Below, piece after piece: positions 40,011 through 49,138 of a stretch of DNA of 64,000 bases (the first letter of the stretch is position 1; every line of letters begins with the position of its first letter). The notes beneath the pieces were generated by a model that searched no databases, was not told where the DNA came from, and saw nothing but the letters and a program-made list of their open reading frames with translations. This DNA comes from Leptolyngbyaceae cyanobacterium. Lineage in GTDB: Bacteria; Cyanobacteriota; Cyanobacteriia; Phormidesmidales; Phormidesmidaceae. The stretch is taken from contig CBDHHL010000056.1 in assembly GCA_965263355.1 (NCBI GenBank), positions 672,001-736,000 on the forward strand, given 5' to 3'. Made by a program: the position numbers and the translations under genes.

Positions 40011-41000
40011 TCAATTCTCAATGACGACCTTGCCCATGGCCTTTCGGCTTTCCAAACGAGCATAGGCCTGTCCCGCTTCTTCCAACCCATAGCGTTCTTC
40101 ATCCAGCACGGGCTTGAGTCCACCCGACTCGACAATCTCAGCTAAGCGGCCCAGGATTTCCGCGTGTTGTTCCCGCTTAAAGTTGTGCAGCATCGGAATG
40201 AGCATAAACACAACATGCAATGACAAGCCTTTGAAGTGAGCCAAGGTCAAATCCAGTTCGCACAGCGACACCGTGGATGCCACTTGACCATTCAGGGCAG
40301 CCGCTTCAAATGAATTGAGCATATTTGCACCACCAACAGAATCGAACACCAGATCAAAACCGGTCCCAGCGGTGTGCTTCGCAACGTACTGTTCAACCGA
40401 TTCCGTTTTGTAATTGATGCCAGTGGCACCCAGCTGTTCGATCAGGGCCAACTGTTTGTCGCCACCGCCCGTGGAATAGACATCAGCGCCAAAGTGCTTT
40501 GCCAGTTGTAAAGCAACATGGCCCACCCCGCCAGAACCACCATGAACCAGAACTTTCTGGCCTGCCTTGATGCCCGCACGGGTTAGACCTTCATAGGCCG
40601 TAATCGCCACGAGCGGCAAAGCAGCAGCTTCACGCATCGACAGGTTTTTCGGCTTATGAGCAACTAGATTGGCATCCGCCACAATGTAGTCCGCCAAGGT
40701 GCCTGGCAAGTCAGCCAGTCCCCCAGCACAGCCATAAACCTCATCCCCCGCAGCATAGGTTGACACGCCCTCGCCGACGGCCTCGACTGTTCCGGCAAAG
40801 TCCATGCCGAGAATTGCAGGCGTGTCGGGTGAAAGGGGCAACTCTTTTCCCATCTTACGAATCATCGTATCGACCGTATTCACGCTCGATGCCGCGATCT
40901 TGATGAGGACATGGCCTGGTTTGACCTGGGGTTTTTCGATATCTACAAGTTCAAACTTGGCGTCCTCGCCATACGAGCTTAAGAGCATTGCTTTCATCAC
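40011..41000 (-). CDS. MDR superfamily (quinone oxidoreductase-like) dehydrogenase
   Basis: SVN.VD, ILG.D.AG.V, AAALP...TA, VLVHGGSGGVG, GKVV. Confidence 0.92.
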   Translation of the reverse strand: MMKAMLLSSYGEDAKFELVDIEKPQVKPGHVLIKIAASSVNTVDTMIRKMGKELPLSPDTPAILGMDFAGTVEAVGEGVSTYAAGDEVYGCAGGLADLPGTLADYIVADANLVAHKPKNLSMREAAALPLVAITAYEGLTRAGIKAGQKVLVHGGSGGVGHVALQLAKHFGADVYSTGGGDKQLALIEQLGATGINYKTESVEQYVAKHTAGTGFDLVFDSVGGANMLNSFEAAALNGQVASTVSLCELDLTLAHFKGLSLHVVFMLIPMLHNFKREQHAEILGRLAEIVESGGLKPVLDEERYGLEEAGQAYARLESRKAMGKVVIEN

Positions 41001-41104
41001 TTCACCTCCACAGGAGTCGTCTAACCATTGCTTTGATAGTAATTTTTTGAATAGAAAAGATAAATAGGCTTTTAGCGAAATGATAATTCGGATATTTTTG
41101 ATAA

Positions 41105-41989
41105 ATGGATATTCTATCGCTCCGTTTATTTCTGAGAATCGCAGAGCTGAGTGGGGTCACCGCAGCAGCGCAAGACCTTTCGCTCTCCCCCGCCAGTGCC
41201 AGCGCCCGTCTGGTCAAGCTGGAAGAAACCATAGGGATTCGTCTGTTCAACCGAACGACCCGCGCCGTGTCTTTGACCACCGATGGCGAGGCGTTTTTGC
41301 CCTATGCCCAAGAGATGATTACAACGCTGGAAACGGGCCTCAGTGCCGTTAAAGGGGAGGATGCAAAGGCTAAGGGAATATTGAGAATTACCATGCCAGG
41401 TTCCTTTGGCCGGATGTATATCATTCCCACCCTGGCTGAATTTCATGCCCGCCATCCCCTAGTCAGTCTGGATTTGCGTCTATCCGATGCAGTTTTGGAT
41501 GTTGTTGAAGGGGCCTATGACCTAATTATTCGCAATGCACCGTTGGTGGATAGCAGCTTAATTGTGCGCAAACTGGCCTCTGATCGGCGTATTCTCGTGG
41601 CTTCTCCTGACTATCTCGAACGATATGGCGAGCCGACCACACCTGATGATTTGCTAAATCATCAATGCGTCTGTCTTGCTGGAGCAACTAAATGGGCGTT
41701 TGAAAATGGACAAACGGTAAGCGTTCCGCGATCGTTCGTGATTAATGACGGTGAGGCGCTACGCAAGATGGTTGAGCAGGGCCTGGGAATTGGCATCAAG
41801 TCGCTGTGGAATGCTAGCGACAGCTTGAAAGCTGGGCGGCTAGTCGAAATCATGACAGAATTTCCCCTTACTACCAACACTGCAATTTGGCTCTTGTACC
41901 CCAGTCGCCGGATCATGGCTCCGAAAGTTCACGCCATGATTGATTTTTTGATTGAACAATTCCAGCCTGTTCCACCTTGGGAGGGCTAA
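41105..41989 (+). CDS. LysR-type regulator (CrgA-like), divergent from the MDR/ECH operon
   Basis: N-terminal HTH ..RLFNRTTR.VSLT.DG; ASPDYL..G.P..P.DL..H.C. Confidence 0.93.
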   Translation: MDILSLRLFLRIAELSGVTAAAQDLSLSPASASARLVKLEETIGIRLFNRTTRAVSLTTDGEAFLPYAQEMITTLETGLSAVKGEDAKAKGILRITMPGSFGRMYIIPTLAEFHARHPLVSLDLRLSDAVLDVVEGAYDLIIRNAPLVDSSLIVRKLASDRRILVASPDYLERYGEPTTPDDLLNHQCVCLAGATKWAFENGQTVSVPRSFVINDGEALRKMVEQGLGIGIKSLWNASDSLKAGRLVEIMTEFPLTTNTAIWLLYPSRRIMAPKVHAMIDFLIEQFQPVPPWEG

Positions 41990-42471
41990 TAAAGTAGCAA
42001 GTAATATCTCTGTTATATTGCCTCCCTCAATAAATCTCAAGCTCACTTACAACAACCCCACACTCTACAAGATGGGTGGCTTTCCTAATTGGGCTCCCCA
42101 AAACTGTCCAGAGTGTTGACGTTGGAGGAGTTTAGAAAATTATTAATTATTAAAGATGTAAGTGATTAACCTAAAGCTTCTTATGCCGCATAACATAGGC
42201 CCTGAGGCGGACGAGGTCAATAGCAAAGGCTAAAATTCTTTTTCTGCTTTAGCTTTAGCGCGGATTCAGACGTTCAAAATTGACCTAATAGTCAGGTGTT
42301 CAGGGAGACTGAACCTGCGCTATTAGATGGGGCTGCGTTGCTGAATGATCATTGATACGGGTTAGCTGTTCATAAGATATTTCTCCAAGTGACTGCATAG
42401 AGTGCTCGATCTTGTTTTGGTTGTTACTGTTTTTATTGCTTGTTTTCAAGTGCAATTTGTTCTTCTTGCAC

Positions 42472-43755
42472 TTATTGTTTAGGTTGTTGTTGAACGCCTA
42501 ATAGCTTTACTAGTGGTGATTTTTTACGTCTCAGTGCAGCCAGATATTTCTCCTCGTCATAGGGTACACCATCTTGCCAACAACGCCAGAGAATTCTCCC
42601 CCACTTATAGGCCAAGGCTCGAATCGCTTTTTGATGTGACTTACCCTTTAGTCGTTGTTGTTGATAAAACGCTTGTGACCAAACCGAGCGAGGCCTGGCA
42701 TGAGCAACCCACTCGACAAAGGTTTGTCTTAGAAAGATGGGGCAAGACCAACGCCAATGAACCCATCGCTTTTTGCCACTCTCTTCTTTGACTGGCGCGA
42801 TGCCAATGTAACTCAAAAAAGACTGAGCGCAATTAAAGCGAGTTCGGTCTTCACCAAAGGCCGCTAACAATCGTGGCGCTAAATGAGGCCCAGCCCCTGG
42901 CAATGCCTTAAAAAGTTCTGCATCCGGCAGCGATTCAAATAACGAGGCAATTTGACGCTCAAACACAATCAATTGCGACAAGACTACTTTCAATAAAGCG
43001 ACTAAGCCTTGCATTAACGCTTGGGCTGGAATGGTGATAGCGTCGTCTCGCGTCAAGGGTGGCCCAGCGTCTTGAATTTGCTGAGTTCGCCGTTGAATCG
43101 TGGTTTTGCGAATGATGTGATGGCTACGAAAGAAGTCTCTCAAGACATCAGCTGTAGCAGCTTGAGCCTCTTGTAAATTGGGAAACTGTTCAAGGAATTC
43201 ACAAAACGCAATGGTGTCTTTATCTTCAAACCAGTCGAGCACTTGAGGAAAATAGGATTTGAGTGCGGCGGTGATCCGATTCGTCAGCCGGACCTTCTCA
43301 CCCACTAACATGCGACGGGACTCAACCCATTGTCTCAATGCACGATGCTTCGGACAACCTGATGTCCAGATATCAAGTTTTTCACCATGTTTTTGCATCA
43401 ATTCGACGATCAGTTTGGCATCGATGGGATCCGATTTGGCCCGCGAGGGCTGAAACGCTTTGCGATAGTTCGCGACCGTTCGAGGATTAACGGGCACCAG
43501 CACCAAATTCTCGTATTGACATAGGCCATAAAGGAGGGGGCCGCGTTTCTGCTCCAACCCAACCAGCAACTTGGACTCTCCATAGGTTTTTCGTAAGCGA
43601 TTGACCCAATCTGCAATGGATTGGGGCTTGGATTGAATCGTGCAATGCTCCCAGGTTTCGTTCTGGCAGTCATAGAGCGCAATATCATGTTTACGATCTG
43701 CCCAGTCAATCCCGATATAAGCCGCATATGCTGTTGGACTTTGATTGAGTTTCAT
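42472..43755 (-). CDS. IS110-family transposase/recombinase
   Basis: DEDD RuvC-like motifs YIGIDWAD, GLEQ, KSDPIDA; LPGAG; GIAP...ESG serine loop. Confidence 0.95.
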   Translation of the reverse strand: MKLNQSPTAYAAYIGIDWADRKHDIALYDCQNETWEHCTIQSKPQSIADWVNRLRKTYGESKLLVGLEQKRGPLLYGLCQYENLVLVPVNPRTVANYRKAFQPSRAKSDPIDAKLIVELMQKHGEKLDIWTSGCPKHRALRQWVESRRMLVGEKVRLTNRITAALKSYFPQVLDWFEDKDTIAFCEFLEQFPNLQEAQAATADVLRDFFRSHHIIRKTTIQRRTQQIQDAGPPLTRDDAITIPAQALMQGLVALLKVVLSQLIVFERQIASLFESLPDAELFKALPGAGPHLAPRLLAAFGEDRTRFNCAQSFLSYIGIAPVKEESGKKRWVHWRWSCPIFLRQTFVEWVAHARPRSVWSQAFYQQQRLKGKSHQKAIRALAYKWGRILWRCWQDGVPYDEEKYLAALRRKKSPLVKLLGVQQQPKQ

Positions 43756-43798
43756 TGTGCTAAATTGAGGGTGTTTTTGTTTGACGGAGAGTCTGCCA

Positions 43799-44066
43799 CC
43801 AGTCGCCTTGCGAAGTGATTATGGAAAGGGTTATTTCCCTGCTCCCTGAGGATTCGTTGGGCAGCGATTGGACTGGCTTGAAGGGCGATTCGATATGTTA
43901 GTAGTCATCTTCTGACTGGCGCTGCATAGTCGTCCCCCCAAGCTAGCAGATTCTCTCCTTTCTTGACTCTATGCTTTTTTCCAGATTTAGAACATCTAAA
44001 GGGAGGAGCGATACGATATGTTAGTAGACATCTATACTGTCGTCCAATGCATAGTCGTCTCCTCCC
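43799..44066 (-). ncRNA. Candidate bridge RNA with three stem-loops (two target-type, one donor-type)
   Basis: Hairpins at 44001-44066, 43876-43943 and 43799-43876; compensatory change GACA/TGTC vs GTCA/TGAC; G-U pairs favour the minus strand; loops match element ends and flanks. Confidence 0.75.
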
Positions 44067-44171
44067 GTTTTTCTATGCTCGTCCCCCCATAAATCCCAAT
44101 GCACACCGACCATACAAAGGTTGAATTCTTAGAACTCAATTTTGGTGACGGCGGGTGATTGGGAACGTTTT

Positions 44172-44393
44172 CTAGGTTTGTTCTAATTCTTCTAATAACG
44201 TTTCGATAGCTTGCAGCTTACTTTCATACTGCTGTACCCGATAAGTTAACTCATACTTTGCTTCTGAGTCTGACTTAACTGTTAGTTCCTGCTTCAGCCA
44301 CTTTAACTTTTTTCGAATCTCCTGATACTCTTCTTCAAGATCTTCACGTTTTTGTTGAATGCGTCTTTGAGCAGCTGTTGAAGAAAAAGACAT
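44172..44393 (-). CDS. Small coiled-coil protein (resembles cyanobacterial effector-associated domain EAD9)
   Basis: QRRIQQKREDL...Y....KL..L...L....D...K..L pattern; family call from memory only. Confidence 0.45.
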   Translation of the reverse strand: MSFSSTAAQRRIQQKREDLEEEYQEIRKKLKWLKQELTVKSDSEAKYELTYRVQQYESKLQAIETLLEELEQT

Positions 44394-44637
44394 GGTAGTT
44401 GCTCCTAGGGAGACTGGTTCCGCCTGATGGGATGATTCAGCCAAAACGCTTGTAATTCAAGGGATACAGCCGCTTTAGAAGAAGATCATTCAAACCGTTA
44501 CTCTATAGGCCTTTCAGGCATTTTTCCCATTACACAGAGCCAGTGCCACAGATTGCCAAAGAGCTAAATTTGAACAAAGATAATATTCAGAAAAGGAGAA
44601 TCTTTTCTTAAATCAGATAACAAAATAATTATGGTTA

Positions 44638-44776
44638 GGGTATCCACTCAAGCCGGGAAATTCTGGTTAAGTAGGAATCTAGAATCCAGGAGCCAGAATT
44701 TAGAAGGGATATGGTTTCTGACTCCTGACTTCTGACGTCTATCCTTAGGAAAACTTCCCGCTTTAAGTTGGTACCC
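44638..44776. mobile_element. MITE copy 2 (139 bp)
   Basis: Near-identical to 886-1023; 8-bp direct repeat TATGGTTA at 44630-44637 and 44777-44784. Confidence 0.9.
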
Positions 44777-44959
44777 TATGGTTATTACCATAGGTTTATT
44801 AAGACGTAGACTGTTGACTGGGTTAAGTAGTGACGCAGAGTTCATACATTTTTGACAGTATCTGGACAATTGATGGGTACAGCTGTCATAACTAGTGGGG
44901 ACACGGTCAAAACCCTCTATATCCTTTTAATTTTTGGGAGTTTTCAATCCAAAAAACCT

Positions 44960-45811
44960 ATGCCCACCCTGTATGTTTCAGACCTTGATGGCACTCTACT
45001 TACTCCCACAGCCAACCTCTCTACTTACACCAGAGACACCCTAAATCGCTTACTTGCCGATGGCCTGCCTTTTACCGTAGCCACCTCCCGCAGCGTTAGT
45101 TCTATAGGCCCTATCTTTCAGGGGGTGTCGCCGCTACCATTGCCGGTAATTGAACTCAATGGTGCCTACATTACTGACCTGGCTACAGGACAGCATTTGA
45201 TTGTTAATGATATTGCCACGGATCTGGCGACTGAAGTGCTTAGCTTGGTACAGTCCTGGGAGATTAAACCGCTAATTTCTAGTGATAACGGTCAAGCTGA
45301 CCATGTGTATTTCACCACGGATGTAAACCCCGGCATCCAATGGTATATCGATGATGCCGACCGCAATGAAGATGGCCGCTGGCACTGCTGTGCCGATCTG
45401 ACACAAATTTTGGATGAACAGATCATGCGGTTTACTTTGATTGATACCAAAGAGCGGTTGACTGAGCTAGAACAGGCGTTGAAAAAACATTTTCCCGACT
45501 GCCTTGATATGCATCTATTTGAAAACCCCTATCAGCCAGACTGGTACTGGTTGACTTTACAAGACCAGCAGGCGACAAAAGCCAATGGTATTTGCAAACT
45601 GCAAGAACTTTACGACCTGCACGATCACGATTTGACGGTATTTGGGGATCACAACAACGACATCTCGATGTTCAAACTGGCGAACGCAGCCGTAGCTACG
45701 GCGAATGCTACCCCCGAACTGCAGAAACATGCAACCGAAATCATTGGTCACCACAGTGAAGATAGCGTGGTGAAATATTTGGAATCCCGTTGGTCAATGG
45801 TGAATGTCTAA
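44960..45811 (+). CDS. Cof-type HAD-IIB hydrolase
   Basis: SDLDGTLL, ATSR, ATKA, VFGD..NDISMF. Confidence 0.92.
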   Translation: MPTLYVSDLDGTLLTPTANLSTYTRDTLNRLLADGLPFTVATSRSVSSIGPIFQGVSPLPLPVIELNGAYITDLATGQHLIVNDIATDLATEVLSLVQSWEIKPLISSDNGQADHVYFTTDVNPGIQWYIDDADRNEDGRWHCCADLTQILDEQIMRFTLIDTKERLTELEQALKKHFPDCLDMHLFENPYQPDWYWLTLQDQQATKANGICKLQELYDLHDHDLTVFGDHNNDISMFKLANAAVATANATPELQKHATEIIGHHSEDSVVKYLESRWSMVNV

Positions 45812-47117
45812 AGCTAAATCCTCTGATAACTTATCCGGCAGCTCATCTGATAAATCCTCTGATAAAGTACCTAAGCGTTTGTCGATACATACCAAATTAG
45901 CCAAACGTAAAAAACGCTGGCGCTATTGGGCATTGGCTATGGCGACGGTATGGTTAGTGCTGGCCTGTTGGCAGGCTCCGACAGTCAAACTGGCCAACAG
46001 CAACCAGATTCGAGGGGTGTGGATGACCAATGTGGCGGCGGCCATAAACTACTTTAGCTTTCGTTTAGATGATGCGGTGGCCAATCTAGCGGAGCATCGG
46101 ATCAATACTCTTTACCCCAGTGTTTGGAACCAGGGATATACGCTGTACCCTAATCAGGTGACAAAACAGGCGGGGGGGACGTGTTGCGATCGCATTGCCA
46201 ATGTTCCGTTCTACCCCTTTGACGACATTCTCCATAGCCTCACCCGTCAGGCCCATCGCCATAATATGCGTCTGATCCCCTGGTTTGAATACGGTCTGAT
46301 GGTTCCCGCAACATCCCCCGTTGCCAGAGCCCACCCCGAGTGGTTAACCACTAACCGCACAGGAGAGATTATCCCAGCCCCCCTATCTCCTCACCCCCTA
46401 TTTCCTAAACCCCTGCAAAATTTCCAAATGGAAATTACCGGTGGCAATATTGCCTGGCTCAACCCCATGCACCCAGAGGCTCGACAGTTTCTCATCGATC
46501 TAATTGTCGATGTGGTTAAACGCTATCCCGTCGACGGAATTCAGCTAGATGACCACTTTAGCCTGCCCATATCCATGGGCTACGATCCTTACTCAGTCCA
46601 GCTTTACCAGGACAGCCATGGAGGTGCACTACCCCCAGATGATCCTAGCGCCCCAGATTGGATAGCCTGGCGGGCCGATTTTATTACGTCACTATTAACC
46701 GAGATTACCCAAGCCGTAAAACAAGTAAGGCCAGACGCCATCATTTCAGTTTCTCCCAACCCACCTGGGTTTGCCTATCGCAAGTATCTCCAGGACTGGG
46801 TTAACTGGGTTAATCTGGGCATCGTCGATGAAGTGGTCGTACAGCTATATCGCGATGACCTAACCATCTTTGAAAACGACCTATACAACAGCGGATTTCA
46901 TAACCTGCGCAATCAGGTCCCCATTGCCATTGGTCTCTATACAGGTCCAATGGAGGCCGCCAAAGACTTTAATCGTACAGTGGATGAGATTTCAGCTGTA
47001 CAACAGGCAGGCTATCGCGGGGTTGCTTTTTTCTCGTGGGAAACAACATTCTGGATGATGAAAAAAGCCTCTGACTTAGAAGTGAGACAAACCTTAGAAA
47101 GGTTATTTCAGTCTTAG
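45804..47117 (+). CDS. Glycoside hydrolase-like family 10 (DUF187) protein
   Basis: IRGVWMT, IPWFEYG, WLNP.HPE, Y.VDGIQLDDHF, QDW..W, QLYR. Confidence 0.9.
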   Translation: MSKAKSSDNLSGSSSDKSSDKVPKRLSIHTKLAKRKKRWRYWALAMATVWLVLACWQAPTVKLANSNQIRGVWMTNVAAAINYFSFRLDDAVANLAEHRINTLYPSVWNQGYTLYPNQVTKQAGGTCCDRIANVPFYPFDDILHSLTRQAHRHNMRLIPWFEYGLMVPATSPVARAHPEWLTTNRTGEIIPAPLSPHPLFPKPLQNFQMEITGGNIAWLNPMHPEARQFLIDLIVDVVKRYPVDGIQLDDHFSLPISMGYDPYSVQLYQDSHGGALPPDDPSAPDWIAWRADFITSLLTEITQAVKQVRPDAIISVSPNPPGFAYRKYLQDWVNWVNLGIVDEVVVQLYRDDLTIFENDLYNSGFHNLRNQVPIAIGLYTGPMEAAKDFNRTVDEISAVQQAGYRGVAFFSWETTFWMMKKASDLEVRQTLERLFQS

Positions 47118-47313
47118 TGCAGTATCCTGCAATGCCCCTACTGGGAGGGGGCACGGAAGGTAGGAATCTTAGCTAGTTCAGCAAAATCAGAAAACGTAAA
47201 TATAACTCAACAGCTTTTAAGGTTCATAGAAAATCAGACGGTTTACAGGCTGACTTCAGCCTAGATTAAGGCAGCATTTGTAACGTCTAAAGCAGGTATG
47301 TAATTTTTAGGCC

Positions 47314-49026
47314 ATGGGATTCTCTAAGGTCAAACGCTATGTCCTATGGTTAGCCCTAGGCTTGTCTTTAGCTATTTTTAGTTGCCAGCAGGCAGTATCG
47401 CGCCCTGCACCAGCGGTAGACGTCACACAATTGAGCGAACCACTTGTGCCGTTGAGTCAACCGGGGACCTGGGCTGAAGTCAGTCACCTGATTAGCTATG
47501 GTGATCGACTGTGGTTTGCCAATAGCATGGTTTTTAATAACCATAACTCTGCCGATATCTATAGTTATGGTCCCAGTAAGGGGGATACTCGCCTGGAGCA
47601 ACACCTATTTAGCCAAAGTACAGGGGAGCCAGTTGTGGCCAATGACCTGCTGTATTGGCCATTTGAAGACCCTCGTTTTTCAGCCGATATCGGGGAATAT
47701 ATGGTGACCAACGGTGACCAATGGCAATGGCATATTTTGCCTCAGGGTGAGGCCTTTCATGTGCATGCCATGGCTAGTTATGGTGATCAGCTTTGGGCTG
47801 CTACCGGAGCCTGGAGTGGCGGTGTTCAGCGTTCTACCGATGGTGGTAAAACATGGGAGTTGGTCTATACCTATCCCACACCAGCCAGGCGGGTGAGTCG
47901 TGTTACTAATTTAGTATCGCTAGACGATCGACTATTTGCTGAGATTATGGCTTTCCATGAGCGAGGCAGTAAAGTATTGCTGTGGCAGGAGGATACCTTT
48001 CAGCCTGTGGCTAGCTGGCCCAATGGCAAACGAGTTAAAGCCTTAACGGCTTTTCAAGGGCATGTGTATGGGGTTAACCAAAATCTAGACGATAGTTATC
48101 GGGTTTGGCGCACTGATGGTAAACGCACGGAACCGCTCACTGATCTAGATGGCCAGCTTGTGCGAGCATTTGTGGCGACAGAGGATACTTTGTGGGCCGT
48201 AAGCTCCGCCCAGGGTACTGGCTACCTGTGGCGTAGTCAGAATGGGTTGGAATGGACGGCGGTGCAGCACTTGAAAGACATGCGTCCATTGGATGTGGCT
48301 GTCCATGCTGGCAACGTTTATGTGGGGGGACGGGGTAATAATGGCCGGGGTGTTTTGTGGGGACCACCGTCTTCTAAAACTTTATCGTCTCAAACTGCAG
48401 CCCATGATAGTCAGAAAAAAACTAGCTCGCTGCCTGAACAACGCGTATCTCCCATTGACTCCCAGCAACAATTCTCGAATTTGACAGAGTTGGAGACTGT
48501 TCTGACGAGTCAATCCACCTACACTGATGGTAATGCTCAAGATGTGTTGGCTAAGGCATTAATGCCTGTGGCAATGGGCCATAAACCTGAGATTGGCGAG
48601 CAATTAACTGGTTATCTTGATCAACCCTTACCAGTTGAATCAGCTCAGTTATTTGCAGGAAATGCATCGGCATCGGCAACCCACGTAATGCAGTGGTATG
48701 TGCTGTGGGCGATGGGGCTAAATGGCCATGGTCAAGTACCTCTGGAAATTTTACAGGAACCCTGGACCGAAGCCGCTAACGACCGAGAGAAATATTGGCA
48801 TCCTGCTCCAGCCGCCGCATGGACGGTTGCACAGCTGGGTCAAGATGATGAGGCAACTATAGGGGCCATCATTGAACGGTTAACAACCCAAGACAATCCC
48901 CTTTGGCTAGTGGGAGATTTTGTCGGTGCTTTGCATACGCTGACGGATGAACAGTTTGGCTATGACATAACGGCATGGCGACAGTGGTGGACTGAGCAGC
49001 ATGAGAATAATTCATCAGATAACTGA
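47314..49026 (+). CDS. Hypothetical lipoprotein, beta-propeller-like N-part with helical C-terminal domain
   Basis: IFSC lipobox; STDGGKTW Asp-box; W-rich blades; L..LT...FGYD...W..WW end. Confidence 0.7.
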   Translation: MGFSKVKRYVLWLALGLSLAIFSCQQAVSRPAPAVDVTQLSEPLVPLSQPGTWAEVSHLISYGDRLWFANSMVFNNHNSADIYSYGPSKGDTRLEQHLFSQSTGEPVVANDLLYWPFEDPRFSADIGEYMVTNGDQWQWHILPQGEAFHVHAMASYGDQLWAATGAWSGGVQRSTDGGKTWELVYTYPTPARRVSRVTNLVSLDDRLFAEIMAFHERGSKVLLWQEDTFQPVASWPNGKRVKALTAFQGHVYGVNQNLDDSYRVWRTDGKRTEPLTDLDGQLVRAFVATEDTLWAVSSAQGTGYLWRSQNGLEWTAVQHLKDMRPLDVAVHAGNVYVGGRGNNGRGVLWGPPSSKTLSSQTAAHDSQKKTSSLPEQRVSPIDSQQQFSNLTELETVLTSQSTYTDGNAQDVLAKALMPVAMGHKPEIGEQLTGYLDQPLPVESAQLFAGNASASATHVMQWYVLWAMGLNGHGQVPLEILQEPWTEAANDREKYWHPAPAAAWTVAQLGQDDEATIGAIIERLTTQDNPLWLVGDFVGALHTLTDEQFGYDITAWRQWWTEQHENNSSDN

Positions 49027-49138
49027 TAAAAGCTCATTTGAGGTTCAGCAAAATCTAAGATTAGAAAAAAGGGTTGATGCAAAGATACCTGTGGTGCTCA
49101 AGCGTAATACCCTCTAGCCCTTAGGAATTATCAGGCCC

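Larger units (their letters stand above)
42195..44094 (-). mobile_element. IS110-family element inserted in an attC-like site (AT core at both ends)
   Basis: Removing the element rejoins GCATAAC-ATCCC-AATGCACA...GGTGATT-GGGAAC-GTT with canonical attC spacing; outward-facing TTGACC near the downstream end; end sequences match ncRNA loops. Confidence 0.8.

Noticed and set aside
42394..44103. Alternative IS110 boundaries at TGCA/TGCA
   Set aside because: The AT-core boundaries restore canonical attC spacing and explain the donor-loop matches and the -35 box; the TGCA model does not
44648..44869. 73-aa ORF
   Set aside because: Mostly reads through the MITE; spurious
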